Notes under the pieces: generated by a model
Databases searched by the model: none
Told to the model about the DNA's origin: nothing
The model's input: only the letters and a program-made list of their open reading frames with translations
In this document: piece after piece, positions 49,947 through 58,858 of the stretch
Position numbering within the stretch: the stretch's first letter is position 1
Layout: every line of letters starts with the position of its first letter
DNA from: a virus
Direction: 5' to 3' (one strand)
Length of the DNA stretch: 64,000 nt
Virus record (IMG/VR): IMGVR_UViG_3300024520_000062
Span: 3,189 to 67,188 of that record
Translations under genes and position numbers: made by a program

Positions 49947-50276
49947 CTCCCTACTATAGCCGCTGGCTCGGCATCCCTTACCCCGCTGCGCGACACATAG
50001 AACGGCGCGCGGCCCACACCACCACTACGGCGCCGGTGGAGGACCGGCGCCCAATACGCCCCCGTAACGCGCGACCCGCGCGCCGGGTCACAATCCTACC
50101 GGCGCCGCCACTACCGGCGCCGTGTGGCCAGCAAGGCGTCGAGCGGCGCGGGCTCGACCGACTGGCTATGTACTATGGGCCTTGATTAGTCGCGCGAGAT
50201 GCGGCGCCGGAATGGACCCGGCGCCGCCCGTGCGTCTCCACCTTTTTCGCGGCGCCGCTCGAGGACCGGCGCCGTC

Positions 50277-50314
50277 TGGCACGCCCCTTGCATGCTACAG
50301 CAAGGGGCGTGCCA
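50277..50314. promoter_or_regulatory. Inverted pair of sigma54-type sites
   Basis: TGGCACGCCCCTTGC-ATGCTACA-GCAAGGGGCGTGCCA: perfect 15-bp inverted repeat whose arms match the -24/-12 consensus. Confidence 0.75.
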
Positions 50315-50559
50315 CAGGCTCGAGATTGGACAAAGTCCAATCCCAGCATTTTTTTTGCGCGGAGCGGGGGGCCCAGCTGGGCGCAAAAATAGTGGAATTC
50401 TTGGATTGGGGGTTGCGAAAAATTTGAGTTTTTATGAGTCTTATGTATCTGGGATGACTCTCTCTTCTCTTCTTCTATTGGATATGTATAGTATATAAGG
50501 GTAGTGAGTAAGTTGTCTTTCCTTATATAGAGCGAAAAAGTTGCACCCCTAGATCATTT

Positions 50560-50736
50560 AGGGCAGCGCCTAGTTGCGAACCGGGTTGAGGCAAGGAATG
50601 TGCACCCCGTGGAAACCGCCCGGCCAGCAACGAAGAGGTGTGAGGGAAGGGCTGAGATAGCATACCTTACACGGAGGCGATTCGGCGGGATGGATGCCAG
50701 AAGTAGATCCCCTCGCCGGACGTAGTGCTGGCCCAC
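50560..50736 (+). ncRNA. Unassigned multi-stem structured RNA
   Basis: Nested pairs CGCCT/AGGCG, GTTGC/GCAAC, CCGGG/CCCGG, GTGTGAGG/CCTTACAC, CGGCG/CGCCG; no + strand ORF. Confidence 0.45.
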
Positions 50737-52625
50737 TTGGAGGGCTCGGTTGGAGTGCCGGGTTACCGTGTACGACCAGCTAGGGAACGGGGAACAGCCG
50801 TGGATATGACCCGAGGGCGGTGGCGTGTGGACGAGAAGAAGACGGAGGAGGTGGCACTGGCGACCGATCAGCCCCGAGCGTGGGAGGGGGCGGATGGGAG
50901 TTGCTTCAAGGGTGTGCCACGGACGGTGATGTCGTGGGACGAACGGTTACTGATGAACCTGTGGGCGATAGCGGAGGAGTTTGACGATGATGACGACTAA
51001 GCAGTTGGCTGAGATCGAACTACGAACGAACTCGGCCAAGCCGGGCCCATCGTCAAGCCGACTCAGAGACACGAGATCACGAGTCGGTACGGCCCGGAGA
51101 TAGGAGACGGATGATGTCAGAGGAGTTCGTAAGAATCGGAATGCACGGCACATGGTATCCCGAACACGGGACGCTGTACGTGGAAGGTGGCAAGGTGTCC
51201 TTGCCTCGAACGAAGCACCGGGACGCTGCCGTGTCTTTGGTGAAGCAGTACGAGGATAACGGGTTGCTACCTTGCTGTGACTGTGGGATCGTGATGACGA
51301 AGACGGATGTGGCCGGGAGTCGATTCGCAGGACGGTACTGCCCGATCTGTTGGGCGAAGTACCAGAAGGCGAACAGTCAGAAGTGCCTGATTTGCTCGGC
51401 CCCGAGATGGCGTTGTTGCTGCTGAACAGGAGGAAAGCCGATGTGGAGCAGAGGAGACGTAGCATACGTGACGCTGCCGGATGGAACGGTGTGCGAGGGA
51501 GTGATCTCCTGCATCTCCGACGCCCACCTGCCACAGGACAGGGTGACACGATGATGCCGGACTTCACATCGATGCCGCTGGGAGCCGTCACCGTGACGAA
51601 GCCGATGAGGCAAGCGATCCTGAGTCACTCAGATTTCGAGTGGGCGGTCAGGTCGCTGGCGCTCAGACTGACAACGTGGCTCCCGCCGCACAACGCGGGG
51701 CCGGAGTGGGTCACTCCCCCGAGGAAGATGGGGCAGAACCAATGACAACAATCCACGATGAGCTTTTCGGGTTGAATTTCTGCCCGGCGTGTGGCAAAGA
51801 GGCGAAGAAGGCGGTGGCGCACTGTGTGTCATGTGGCGTGGACTTCAGTTCGGTCCTGCGGGTGCTGGACGACTCGACGCCGGACCCGGTTGAGACAGGG
51901 ATACTGCGACTGCGGGAAGCGGAATACAAAATGTTGGAGGAGCGAGTGGAGACACTGGAAACGCGAATGCTGGGGCTACTAGCGAAACTTATCGAAATGG
52001 GAGTGGACATCCGATGAGTCAGAACGCGAAGGTGTTTCTTGGGTTGATGGCTATCGGGCTCCCGTTGTTGCTCATGGTGTTCTTCATGTTCTGGATAGAG
52101 TGGCGTCGATGGGAAGGTGGGACGCGGAGAAATCCGATGACCGATAAACCACGTCCGCCAAGGGTCGAATGCCCCGACTGCCATCTGAAATATGCCAACG
52201 ACAAAGTGTTGGCTATGCACCGGGAGCATTGTGACGGGCTTGACCGATCACTGAGAGAGTCCGCGGTGATCATCCCGCTCGGTGAGGAGGCCCACGTTCC
52301 GCTGTCGGTTGCTCGCAAGGCGCTGGAACGCGAACGACGGCTCGACTGCGAGGCGATGTGCGTGTTCTGCGCCGATGGCGACGTGCCGGAGCGGCATAAG
52401 CGCGGCTTCTGGATACACGGTGGGTACAGCATGGTCTGTCGCGCCAGCCCTATCCGTGAGAGGAAGACCGGATGACCGCCGCCACAGACAGGACTCTCCG
52501 CACCGCCTATGTGCGCTACGACCGCCTGACAGCGTGGGGCTGTACCCAGCGTGGGCGCCCGTTCGATGCGGGCCAGATGAACATGGCGTGGGAGATCTAC
52601 CAGTGGGAACTCGAGGAGGCGGGGT

Positions 52626-53216
52626 ATGGACGGATCGCCTGACAAGGACATCGGCAAGGCGATGGAGATCCGCACGGGCGCCGGCCGGCCGCGCAAGCTG
52701 ACGGAAGAGAAACTGGAAGAGGTCGTCGCCAAGGTACTGGAGGGGAACTTCGTCGCCACCGCCGCGCGGGCGTGTGGGATCAGCGAAGGCGGATTCCACC
52801 ACTGGATGAAGTTGGGCCGCGAAGTGTACGCGCGTCTCGAGAACTACGAGATAAACCGCCAACCACTGGTGGAGAGCGAGGTCATCTACATGGACTTCGC
52901 CGTGGGTGTGGAGACAGCACGGGCGATGGCCGAGACGGACATGGTCAACAAGGTCACGACGTCGGCGATCGAGGACTGGCGGGCGGCGGCGTGGTGGCTC
53001 GAGCGGGTCCACGCCGGCCGGTTCGCCCGGCAACAGCGACTCGAGACGACGGTCAAGGGTGACCCGGACAACCCGATACAGGTCGAGGTCAGCGCCAAGG
53101 ATACATTGGTCGAGCGGCTGACGGCGATAGCGGAGCGCCGGACGGCGGGCGAGGCACTGATGCCCCCGCGAGAGGACGATGTGACGATCGAGGATGCGGA
53201 GATAGTCGATGAGTGA
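52626..53216 (+). CDS. terS: Terminase small subunit
   Basis: GRPRKLT, HTH (ATAARACGISEGGFHHW), DWRAAAWWLER, C-terminal DNPIQVEV. Confidence 0.75.
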   Translation: MDGSPDKDIGKAMEIRTGAGRPRKLTEEKLEEVVAKVLEGNFVATAARACGISEGGFHHWMKLGREVYARLENYEINRQPLVESEVIYMDFAVGVETARAMAETDMVNKVTTSAIEDWRAAAWWLERVHAGRFARQQRLETTVKGDPDNPIQVEVSAKDTLVERLTAIAERRTAGEALMPPREDDVTIEDAEIVDE

Positions 53217-54378
53217 CAGGAAGCCCCCGGCGCTCTGCCCACACTGCGGCGGCTGGCATTCGACGCGCCCGGCGCCACCCGAGTACGAGTGGGACTTTCA
53301 CTGTATCTTTTGCGGACTGGCCTCAGACGGAGTAAAACATGGACGAATTCTGGATCGTGATGATCGATGGGACGCAGTTCGCGGTGGCCAACGACCAGAT
53401 GCCTCGCGAGTTGCAGCGAGTGTGGAGTCACGTCAACCCAGATCCAGATCAGATGGTTTGGATGACCGACCTTGATGGCAGCGACGTGGGGTTCAGGATG
53501 GGATCGTCCGTCGTAGTGTGGTGGAGCACCCCCGAGATCCGCGCCAGCAACGCGAAGATGGCGGCGGACTCAGAGCCAAAGGACTGGGAATGATCACTTG
53601 CGGACGGAAATGGCGAGGGATGCGGGCAGGCTGTGCGTTGAGCCTAGGGCACGACGGCGATTGCGACGGATTCCCGCCCATAGAGATGTCGCCGCTGGGT
53701 AAACTGTACGCGGAGGGAACGGCGCGGACGTTCCGGTGTACTTCAACCGGGCATGTCGAGATGGCAGCGTACTGGGTGCAGCCGGGCGACACAGTGGAGG
53801 TGCCGAGCGGCATGACGCTGCCCCGAGGTAAGATGGTGCCGGGCGTGGAATACCGGGTGGCGTCGTGATCGGCCCACCGCAAGACCCGAACGAGAAGTGC
53901 GCGTACTGCGGGCACACCCACGCCCAGCATGAATTGGGTGAGTGCGGGTGCCAGTTGGAATGTACGATGTGTACCTGTACCGACTTCACGTATCAGTTGG
54001 ACTGGCCGGGCTGGACGAGAATGACGCCGACAACGCCGAAGGAAGACGCGCACCGCGTGGCTCGCGACATGACACTATCAACGGATTGGCCCGAATGAAA
54101 AAGATGACGGCGGTACTGGCAGGGAACACTCTTCAGGCGGCGAGTTGGTTTAGGAATAAAGCCGAGAGAGAGACGGGCACGTTCGACTCGCTCCGTTTGG
54201 AGTTCCTCGACATGCAGGGCAATAGGTGGCGGTACGTGCCGACCGCCCACGCGGCGAGAGGTATCGACTGGACCGACATGAAGCTGATAGGGACGTGGGG
54301 TGAGCGCACCGACGAGGCGGCGCACGAACTGTACGACGTCGTGTACGACGCTTGCCGCCGGACGGAATTGCTGGCGAA

Positions 54379-54738
54379 GTGAGGGTATGGCTCCTACTGG
54401 CTCTACTGGGCTGCGGCCCGTCACAGCCACTACCCGAAGGCGCGGTCGCGATGGAGGCTCCGGCGTGGTACGCGGCGTGGTGGGAGCGGACGGAAGAGTG
54501 TTCGGGATTGACGGGGGACTTCGAAGCGATAGACTGGTACATCATACCGGGCCAGACTTTTGAGTTGGACGGCGCGGAGTGGGTGGGTCACTGGATACAG
54601 AACGTCGGCATAGTGATCGCCGGGTTGTACCGGAACCATGAGGTGGTGGTGCGGCACGAGATGCTGCATGAGTTACTGGGCGCCGAGGGGCACCCACCAG
54701 AGTTTGACGAATGTCGGTTAACGTGGGAGACACAATGA
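54379..54738 (+). CDS. Putative lipoprotein zinc metallopeptidase
   Basis: LLLALLGC lipobox and HEMLH zincin motif with a downstream His. Confidence 0.6.
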   Translation: MRVWLLLALLGCGPSQPLPEGAVAMEAPAWYAAWWERTEECSGLTGDFEAIDWYIIPGQTFELDGAEWVGHWIQNVGIVIAGLYRNHEVVVRHEMLHELLGAEGHPPEFDECRLTWETQ

Positions 54739-55224
54739 ATCACTGTAGGAAGTGCGACAGCGACTACGAGCAGCCGGGGACGTGCAACTGTTTCGCGGAG
54801 GAGGGCGCGGTCGTGGTGCATCACCACTACCACCACCACAGCCATCCGCTACCGTACAACAACTATCCGTACCAGTACCCGATCCACCCGGTCCCGATCT
54901 ATCCGTGGTACGGCGACATGACGATCACCTGTGATCCGGTGACTTACGGTTCGCAGACGATCACCAATACGGACGGCGAGGTGACCACGAACTCAGTGCC
55001 GTTGGTGAACAACCAGAACTTCGGCCCGATGGTGATCGAAGCGGCCCGGCAAGCGGTCGAGTACGACGAGACGCACTAGGACGGCGTTCGCACCACGGCC
55101 ACGCTGTGAAGCCTGAGTAGTGGGCAATAATCGGCGCGAGGGGTTGTGGGAGCCTAGCGTGGAATTGGATGGTAAGTGGGCCACGCGAACTGGGTACGGT
55201 CTGGCGGTGGGGGCCGTGCCCCAC

Positions 55225-55299
55225 AGGGACGTAGCGCAGACAGGTCAGCGCACCTGCTTTGGGAGCAGGGGGCCGTGGGTTCGAATCCCACCGTCCCTA
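55225..55299 (+). tRNA. tRNA-Pro(TGG)
   Basis: AGGGACG/CGTCCCT acceptor; CCTGC-TTTGGGA-GCAGG; GTGGG-TTCGAAT-CCCAC. Confidence 0.88.
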
Positions 55300-55303
55300 T
55301 GAA

Positions 55304-55387
55304 GGCCAGACCACGGTAGGGTCAGCGACGGCTGATTGCCCGTTCGACTCGGGCAGGGGAACGTGGGTTCGAATCCCACTCTGGCTG
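55304..55387 (+). ncRNA. tRNA-like RNA with two T-loops and no anticodon
   Basis: GGCCAGA/TCTGGCT stem; GTCAGC-GACG-GCTGAT; TGCCCG-TTCGACT-CGGGCA; GTGGG-TTCGAAT-CCCAC. Confidence 0.6.
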
Positions 55388-55956
55388 TATGAGTAAACTG
55401 GAAGAGTTGCGGGCTAAAGGAATCGTCTTTGACGACGACGATCTCGACGGTTTCTGGGTCAACATGAACGACACGTTCGGCTGGGCCTGCGCGGACGGCG
55501 AAGAGATCACAGAAGCAGAGGTAGATGAAGTACATGCCGTCTACTTCGGTGCCCCAGAGGGAACGGGGTGGCATGCAGTGACGCGGTGGGTGTGTGCCCG
55601 GCGCGGATACGAGCCATTCGATCTCTGGAAAGAGCGATTCGGATGGCCGGAACCCAAAGGAAAGGATGGTGTGCCATGACAAAGTGACCCCAACTAGGAG
55701 TCAGTCATGGCAGGCGAGAAGGCAAAGGGTAGCAAGAAGAACCGGAAGCACGGTCGTGGTGCCCGAAACGGTGTTCGTGCGCGGTACTGGTCGAGTCATC
55801 GACTGGAAAAGCGCAAGGTTAGGAATCTGATGCGGTGTTGTGGAATGACCCGTGCCGCTGCGGAGGCGCACTGGCGCGAGGTCCGAGTGAAGCGCATCAA
55901 GTAAAGGTTCCACCCCACTGTCGAAAAACCCATGGGGTTTCAGGTGGGGTGGTCAT

Positions 55957-56023
55957 CGCAGGGCCAGCGGTGGCACGGTGGGCCCATAACCCATCAAGCC
56001 GGGTTCGATTCCCGGCCCTGCTA
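55957..56023 (+). tRNA. Initiator-type tRNA-Met(CAT) with reduced D arm
   Basis: C1:U72 mismatch; GGG/CCC in the anticodon stem; loop CCCATAA; normal T arm; 67 nt. Confidence 0.7.
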
Positions 56024-56030
56024 TGTAAGC

Positions 56031-56123
56031 GGTGTCTGTGGTCGTAATTGGTAACGATCCCGCCCCAGACGAATGAATGTCGATAGATGGCGGTCATGCG
56101 GGTTCGAATCCCGTCAGGCACCC
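56031..56123 (+). tRNA. tRNA-like gene with a 24-nt expanded anticodon loop (identity undetermined)
   Basis: GGTGTCTG/CAGGCACC; D arm GTCG..CGAT; CCGCC/GGCGG closing CCAGACGAATGAATGTCGATAGAT; GCGGG-TTCGAAT-CCCGT. Confidence 0.65.
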
Positions 56124-56125
56124 AC

Positions 56126-56199
56126 GCTCCGGTGGCGAAATTGGCAAACGCGCCAGATTTAGGATCTGGAGACTCAGGGTTCGAATCCCTGCTGGAGCA
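56126..56199 (+). tRNA. tRNA-Leu(TAG), short variable loop
   Basis: GCTCCGG/CTGGAGC; CCAGA-TTTAGGA-TCTGG; CAGGG-TTCGAAT-CCCTG. Confidence 0.85.
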
Positions 56200-56200
56200 T

Positions 56201-56287
56201 GGCAGTGTGGCGGAGCGGCGAACGCGGCTGACTGTAGATCAGCTACCCGAGCGGTGAACACCTCAGGTTCGAGTCCTGACGCTGCCA
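56201..56287 (+). tRNA. tRNA-Tyr(GTA)
   Basis: GGCAGTG/CGCTGCC; GCTGA-CTGTAGA-TCAGC; long variable arm. Confidence 0.88.
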
Positions 56288-56289
56288 TC

Positions 56290-56364
56290 GCGTCCGTGGC
56301 GGAATTGGTATACGTGACCGCACTCAAAATGCGGAGGTTGCTGGTTCGAATCCAGCCGGGCGCA
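56290..56364 (+). tRNA. tRNA-Leu(CAA), short variable loop
   Basis: GCGTCCG/CGGGCGC; CCGCA-CTCAAAA-TGCGG; GCTGG-TTCGAAT-CCAGC. Confidence 0.85.
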
Positions 56365-56800
56365 CTTATGAACGATCAAGAACGTGAGACGGTGTTGGCC
56401 TACGAGCAGGGCAGGAAAGATGGGCACCAAGAAGCGAAGAAGCCGGACGGGTGGGCGACCTACGCCTTGAGTCGAGGGTACGTGGGTCCACGGAAGGCGC
56501 AGGAGATGCGAGCCAAGGCGGTGATGAAATTCGCTAAACTGCTGGATGAACTATTTGAGGGTTCTGGTTTGTACGCGAGTATCGCCAAGGATTGGTTGAA
56601 TGGTGTTCCACTAGATGGAGAGAAACGATGAGAAAGCTACTGCATCGATGGTTCGGTTGGCACCAATGGGACGGCTGCCATTTTCGGGCGGAGGGTAGCG
56701 GACGAACGAGCTACCATCGAGGAACGAAGTGCCGCCACTGCGGGATCGTTCGAGATGCTGTGGGCCAGACGATCCCAGAGTGGCGGATCACACACCAGAC

Positions 56801-57247
56801 TTAGGCTTCTTCCGGCAGTACGACCGGCGGCGGATACCACTCGGGCAGTGGCTGTTGGCGGTTGCGTCCCGGCGCAGTACTGCCGTCGCCGTCGCAAACA
56901 ACCGCCGTATCGTTACCTAGACCCAACCCGAGTGAGACACCCTCAGGGAACACCCACAACCAGTACTGATTGCTGGTGTCCAGCAACTTGCTCATGGGAG
57001 GGAAGATTTCGACGGCCTCGCATTCCTCTCCGCAGAGTTGGTTTTTGATCCACAACAAATCGCGCCACGACCGGATTGGTTTCTTGTCGCGGCGCTTGAT
57101 TGACAGACTGGTGATTGGCTTGCCATCCACGATCGCGGCTTTGCGGAGACACACTTGATAACGATTGTTCATTACAACTGTGGTGCCGGGTAGGGTATAC
57201 TTATCCATCCACGACGGTGGGAAGTAGGCGGGCTCAAAGGGAGTCAT
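56801..57247 (-). CDS. Conserved phage protein (DUF7694-like)
   Basis: LSIKRRDKKPIRSWRDLLWIKNQLCGEECEAVEIFP..NQYWLW pattern. Confidence 0.65.
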   Translation of the reverse strand: MTPFEPAYFPPSWMDKYTLPGTTVVMNNRYQVCLRKAAIVDGKPITSLSIKRRDKKPIRSWRDLLWIKNQLCGEECEAVEIFPPMSKLLDTSNQYWLWVFPEGVSLGLGLGNDTAVVCDGDGSTAPGRNRQQPLPEWYPPPVVLPEEA

Positions 57248-57408
57248 ACAGATCTCCCAGTGAGAACTTTGAAGGGTTGGAAATCGGCGTCGTCGTGTTG
57301 ACGCTCAAACGGAATGCCGTCGCGCTCGAGTTTCTTTTCGAGTTCGGCGGCTTCTTCGCGGGTAGCAAAATGAAAAGTCATCCGACGTTTGCGAGGTGTG
57401 AGTTTCAT
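57244..57408 (-). CDS. Small hypothetical protein
   Basis: GGAGG RBS and cassette motif upstream of the ATG at 57408. Confidence 0.6.
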   Translation of the reverse strand: MKLTPRKRRMTFHFATREEAAELEKKLERDGIPFERQHDDADFQPFKVLTGRSV

Positions 57409-57422
57409 GCTTCCTCCAAAAT

Positions 57423-57473
57423 GTGAGTCAGTAACCGTATATGAATAATACATAAGTGTACCACGAAAGTCAA
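57423..57473 (-). promoter_or_regulatory. Minus-strand promoter + GGTTACTGACTCAC motif
   Basis: On the minus strand: TTGACT-17-TATTAT, then GGTTACTGACTCAC (57436-57423). Confidence 0.8.
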
Positions 57474-57475
57474 GT

Positions 57476-58810
57476 GTGACTTTATCAACTGCTGAAGAAA
57501 TTGCTAGTAAATCTCGCGAAGACATCCTCGCAACGCTCGACACAATGAGTGAAGCGGATGTCGAGAAACTTCTATTTGATTGGAGTTTCTGGGCGCGTGA
57601 AAATCAGAAGTTGCCGGAGGGTGAGCCGGGCACCCCAGAGGAGGACTGGGTCATCTGGCTTCGCCTTGCGGGTCGAGGCGAAGGCAAGACGCGCACTGGT
57701 GCCGAGACGGTACGCGAGTGGGTAGGTGAGGCCGACGATCCCCCGGTGCGTGTCGCGCTGGTCGGTGAGACTGGTCCCGACGCTCGCGATGTGCTGGTCG
57801 AGGGTGAGTCCGGTATCCTCGCGACAGCACCGCCGTGGAACATGCCACTGTACCAGCCGGGCAACCGCCGACTGGTCTGGCCGAATGGGAGTGTAGGTAC
57901 CACGTACAGCGGGAAGGAACCCGACCAGCTACGTGGACCCCAACATCACTACGCTTGGGTCGATGAGTTGGCGAAGTACGACTACCCTCAAGAGACGTGG
58001 GACAATCTTGAGTTCGGACTCCGCCTCGGGAGCAAGCCCCGCGTCATCGTGTCCACCACCCCCCGTCCGATCCCCATCATCAAAGAGCTACTGAAAGACC
58101 CCGGCGTTTACGTCACTCGCGGCTCGAGTTACGACAACATCGCCAACCTGCCACCGAAGTTCATCGAGCGAGTGATCCAGAAGTACGAGGGCACCAGACT
58201 CGGCCGGCAGGAACTGTACGCCGAGGTGCTGACTGACTTCCCGGGTGCCCTGTGGGCGCTGGAGATGATCGAGCGTAATCGAGTGGCGAAGATGACCGTG
58301 GCTATCGTCCGGCTGGTGATCGGCGTGGACCCCGCCATTTCCTCGCAGGACAACAGCAACGAGAGCGGGATCATCGTGGCCGCGCTGGGTTCAGATAACC
58401 ACGCCTACATCATGAAGGATCTGTCGCTGGTGGGTTCGCCGGATCAGTGGGCCCGGCGGGTGGTGGGAGCGTTCTACGACTTCAAGGCCAGCCGGATTGT
58501 TGCGGAAAAGAACCAAGGCGGCGACCTTGTAGAATCGGTCATACGGACAATTGATGAAAATGTCAGCTATCGGGGTGTGTCAGCCGCCAAACACAAGGGG
58601 CGGCGGGCGGAGCCCGTGGCTGCTTTGTATGAGCAGAACCGGGTGCATCACGTAGGGAATTTCGCTAAACTGGAAGACCAGATGCTGGCCTTGACCGCCG
58701 ACGAGTATCTGGGAGGTGGATCGCCTGACCGGGCGGACGCCATGGTGTGGGCAGTCACAGAACTGATGTTCGGCGCCAAAAAGTGGAAGACCTCCAGATG
58801 GAACCTTTAA
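57476..58810 (+). CDS. terL: Terminase large subunit
   Basis: AGRGEGKTR Walker A, LRGPQ, WVDE Walker B, STTP, IGVDPA, SPDRADA nuclease motifs. Confidence 0.95.
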   Translation: MTLSTAEEIASKSREDILATLDTMSEADVEKLLFDWSFWARENQKLPEGEPGTPEEDWVIWLRLAGRGEGKTRTGAETVREWVGEADDPPVRVALVGETGPDARDVLVEGESGILATAPPWNMPLYQPGNRRLVWPNGSVGTTYSGKEPDQLRGPQHHYAWVDELAKYDYPQETWDNLEFGLRLGSKPRVIVSTTPRPIPIIKELLKDPGVYVTRGSSYDNIANLPPKFIERVIQKYEGTRLGRQELYAEVLTDFPGALWALEMIERNRVAKMTVAIVRLVIGVDPAISSQDNSNESGIIVAALGSDNHAYIMKDLSLVGSPDQWARRVVGAFYDFKASRIVAEKNQGGDLVESVIRTIDENVSYRGVSAAKHKGRRAEPVAALYEQNRVHHVGNFAKLEDQMLALTADEYLGGGSPDRADAMVWAVTELMFGAKKWKTSRWNL

Positions 58811-58858
58811 TAAAGGCGTGACGTCGCGGGGCGACCGAGAGGCCGGGGAGACGGCACG

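Noticed and set aside
50640-50710. GGGAAGG and GCCAGAAG as a cobalamin riboswitch
   Set aside because: Other conserved elements (GCCACTG, GACC tail, T-loop arm) are missing.
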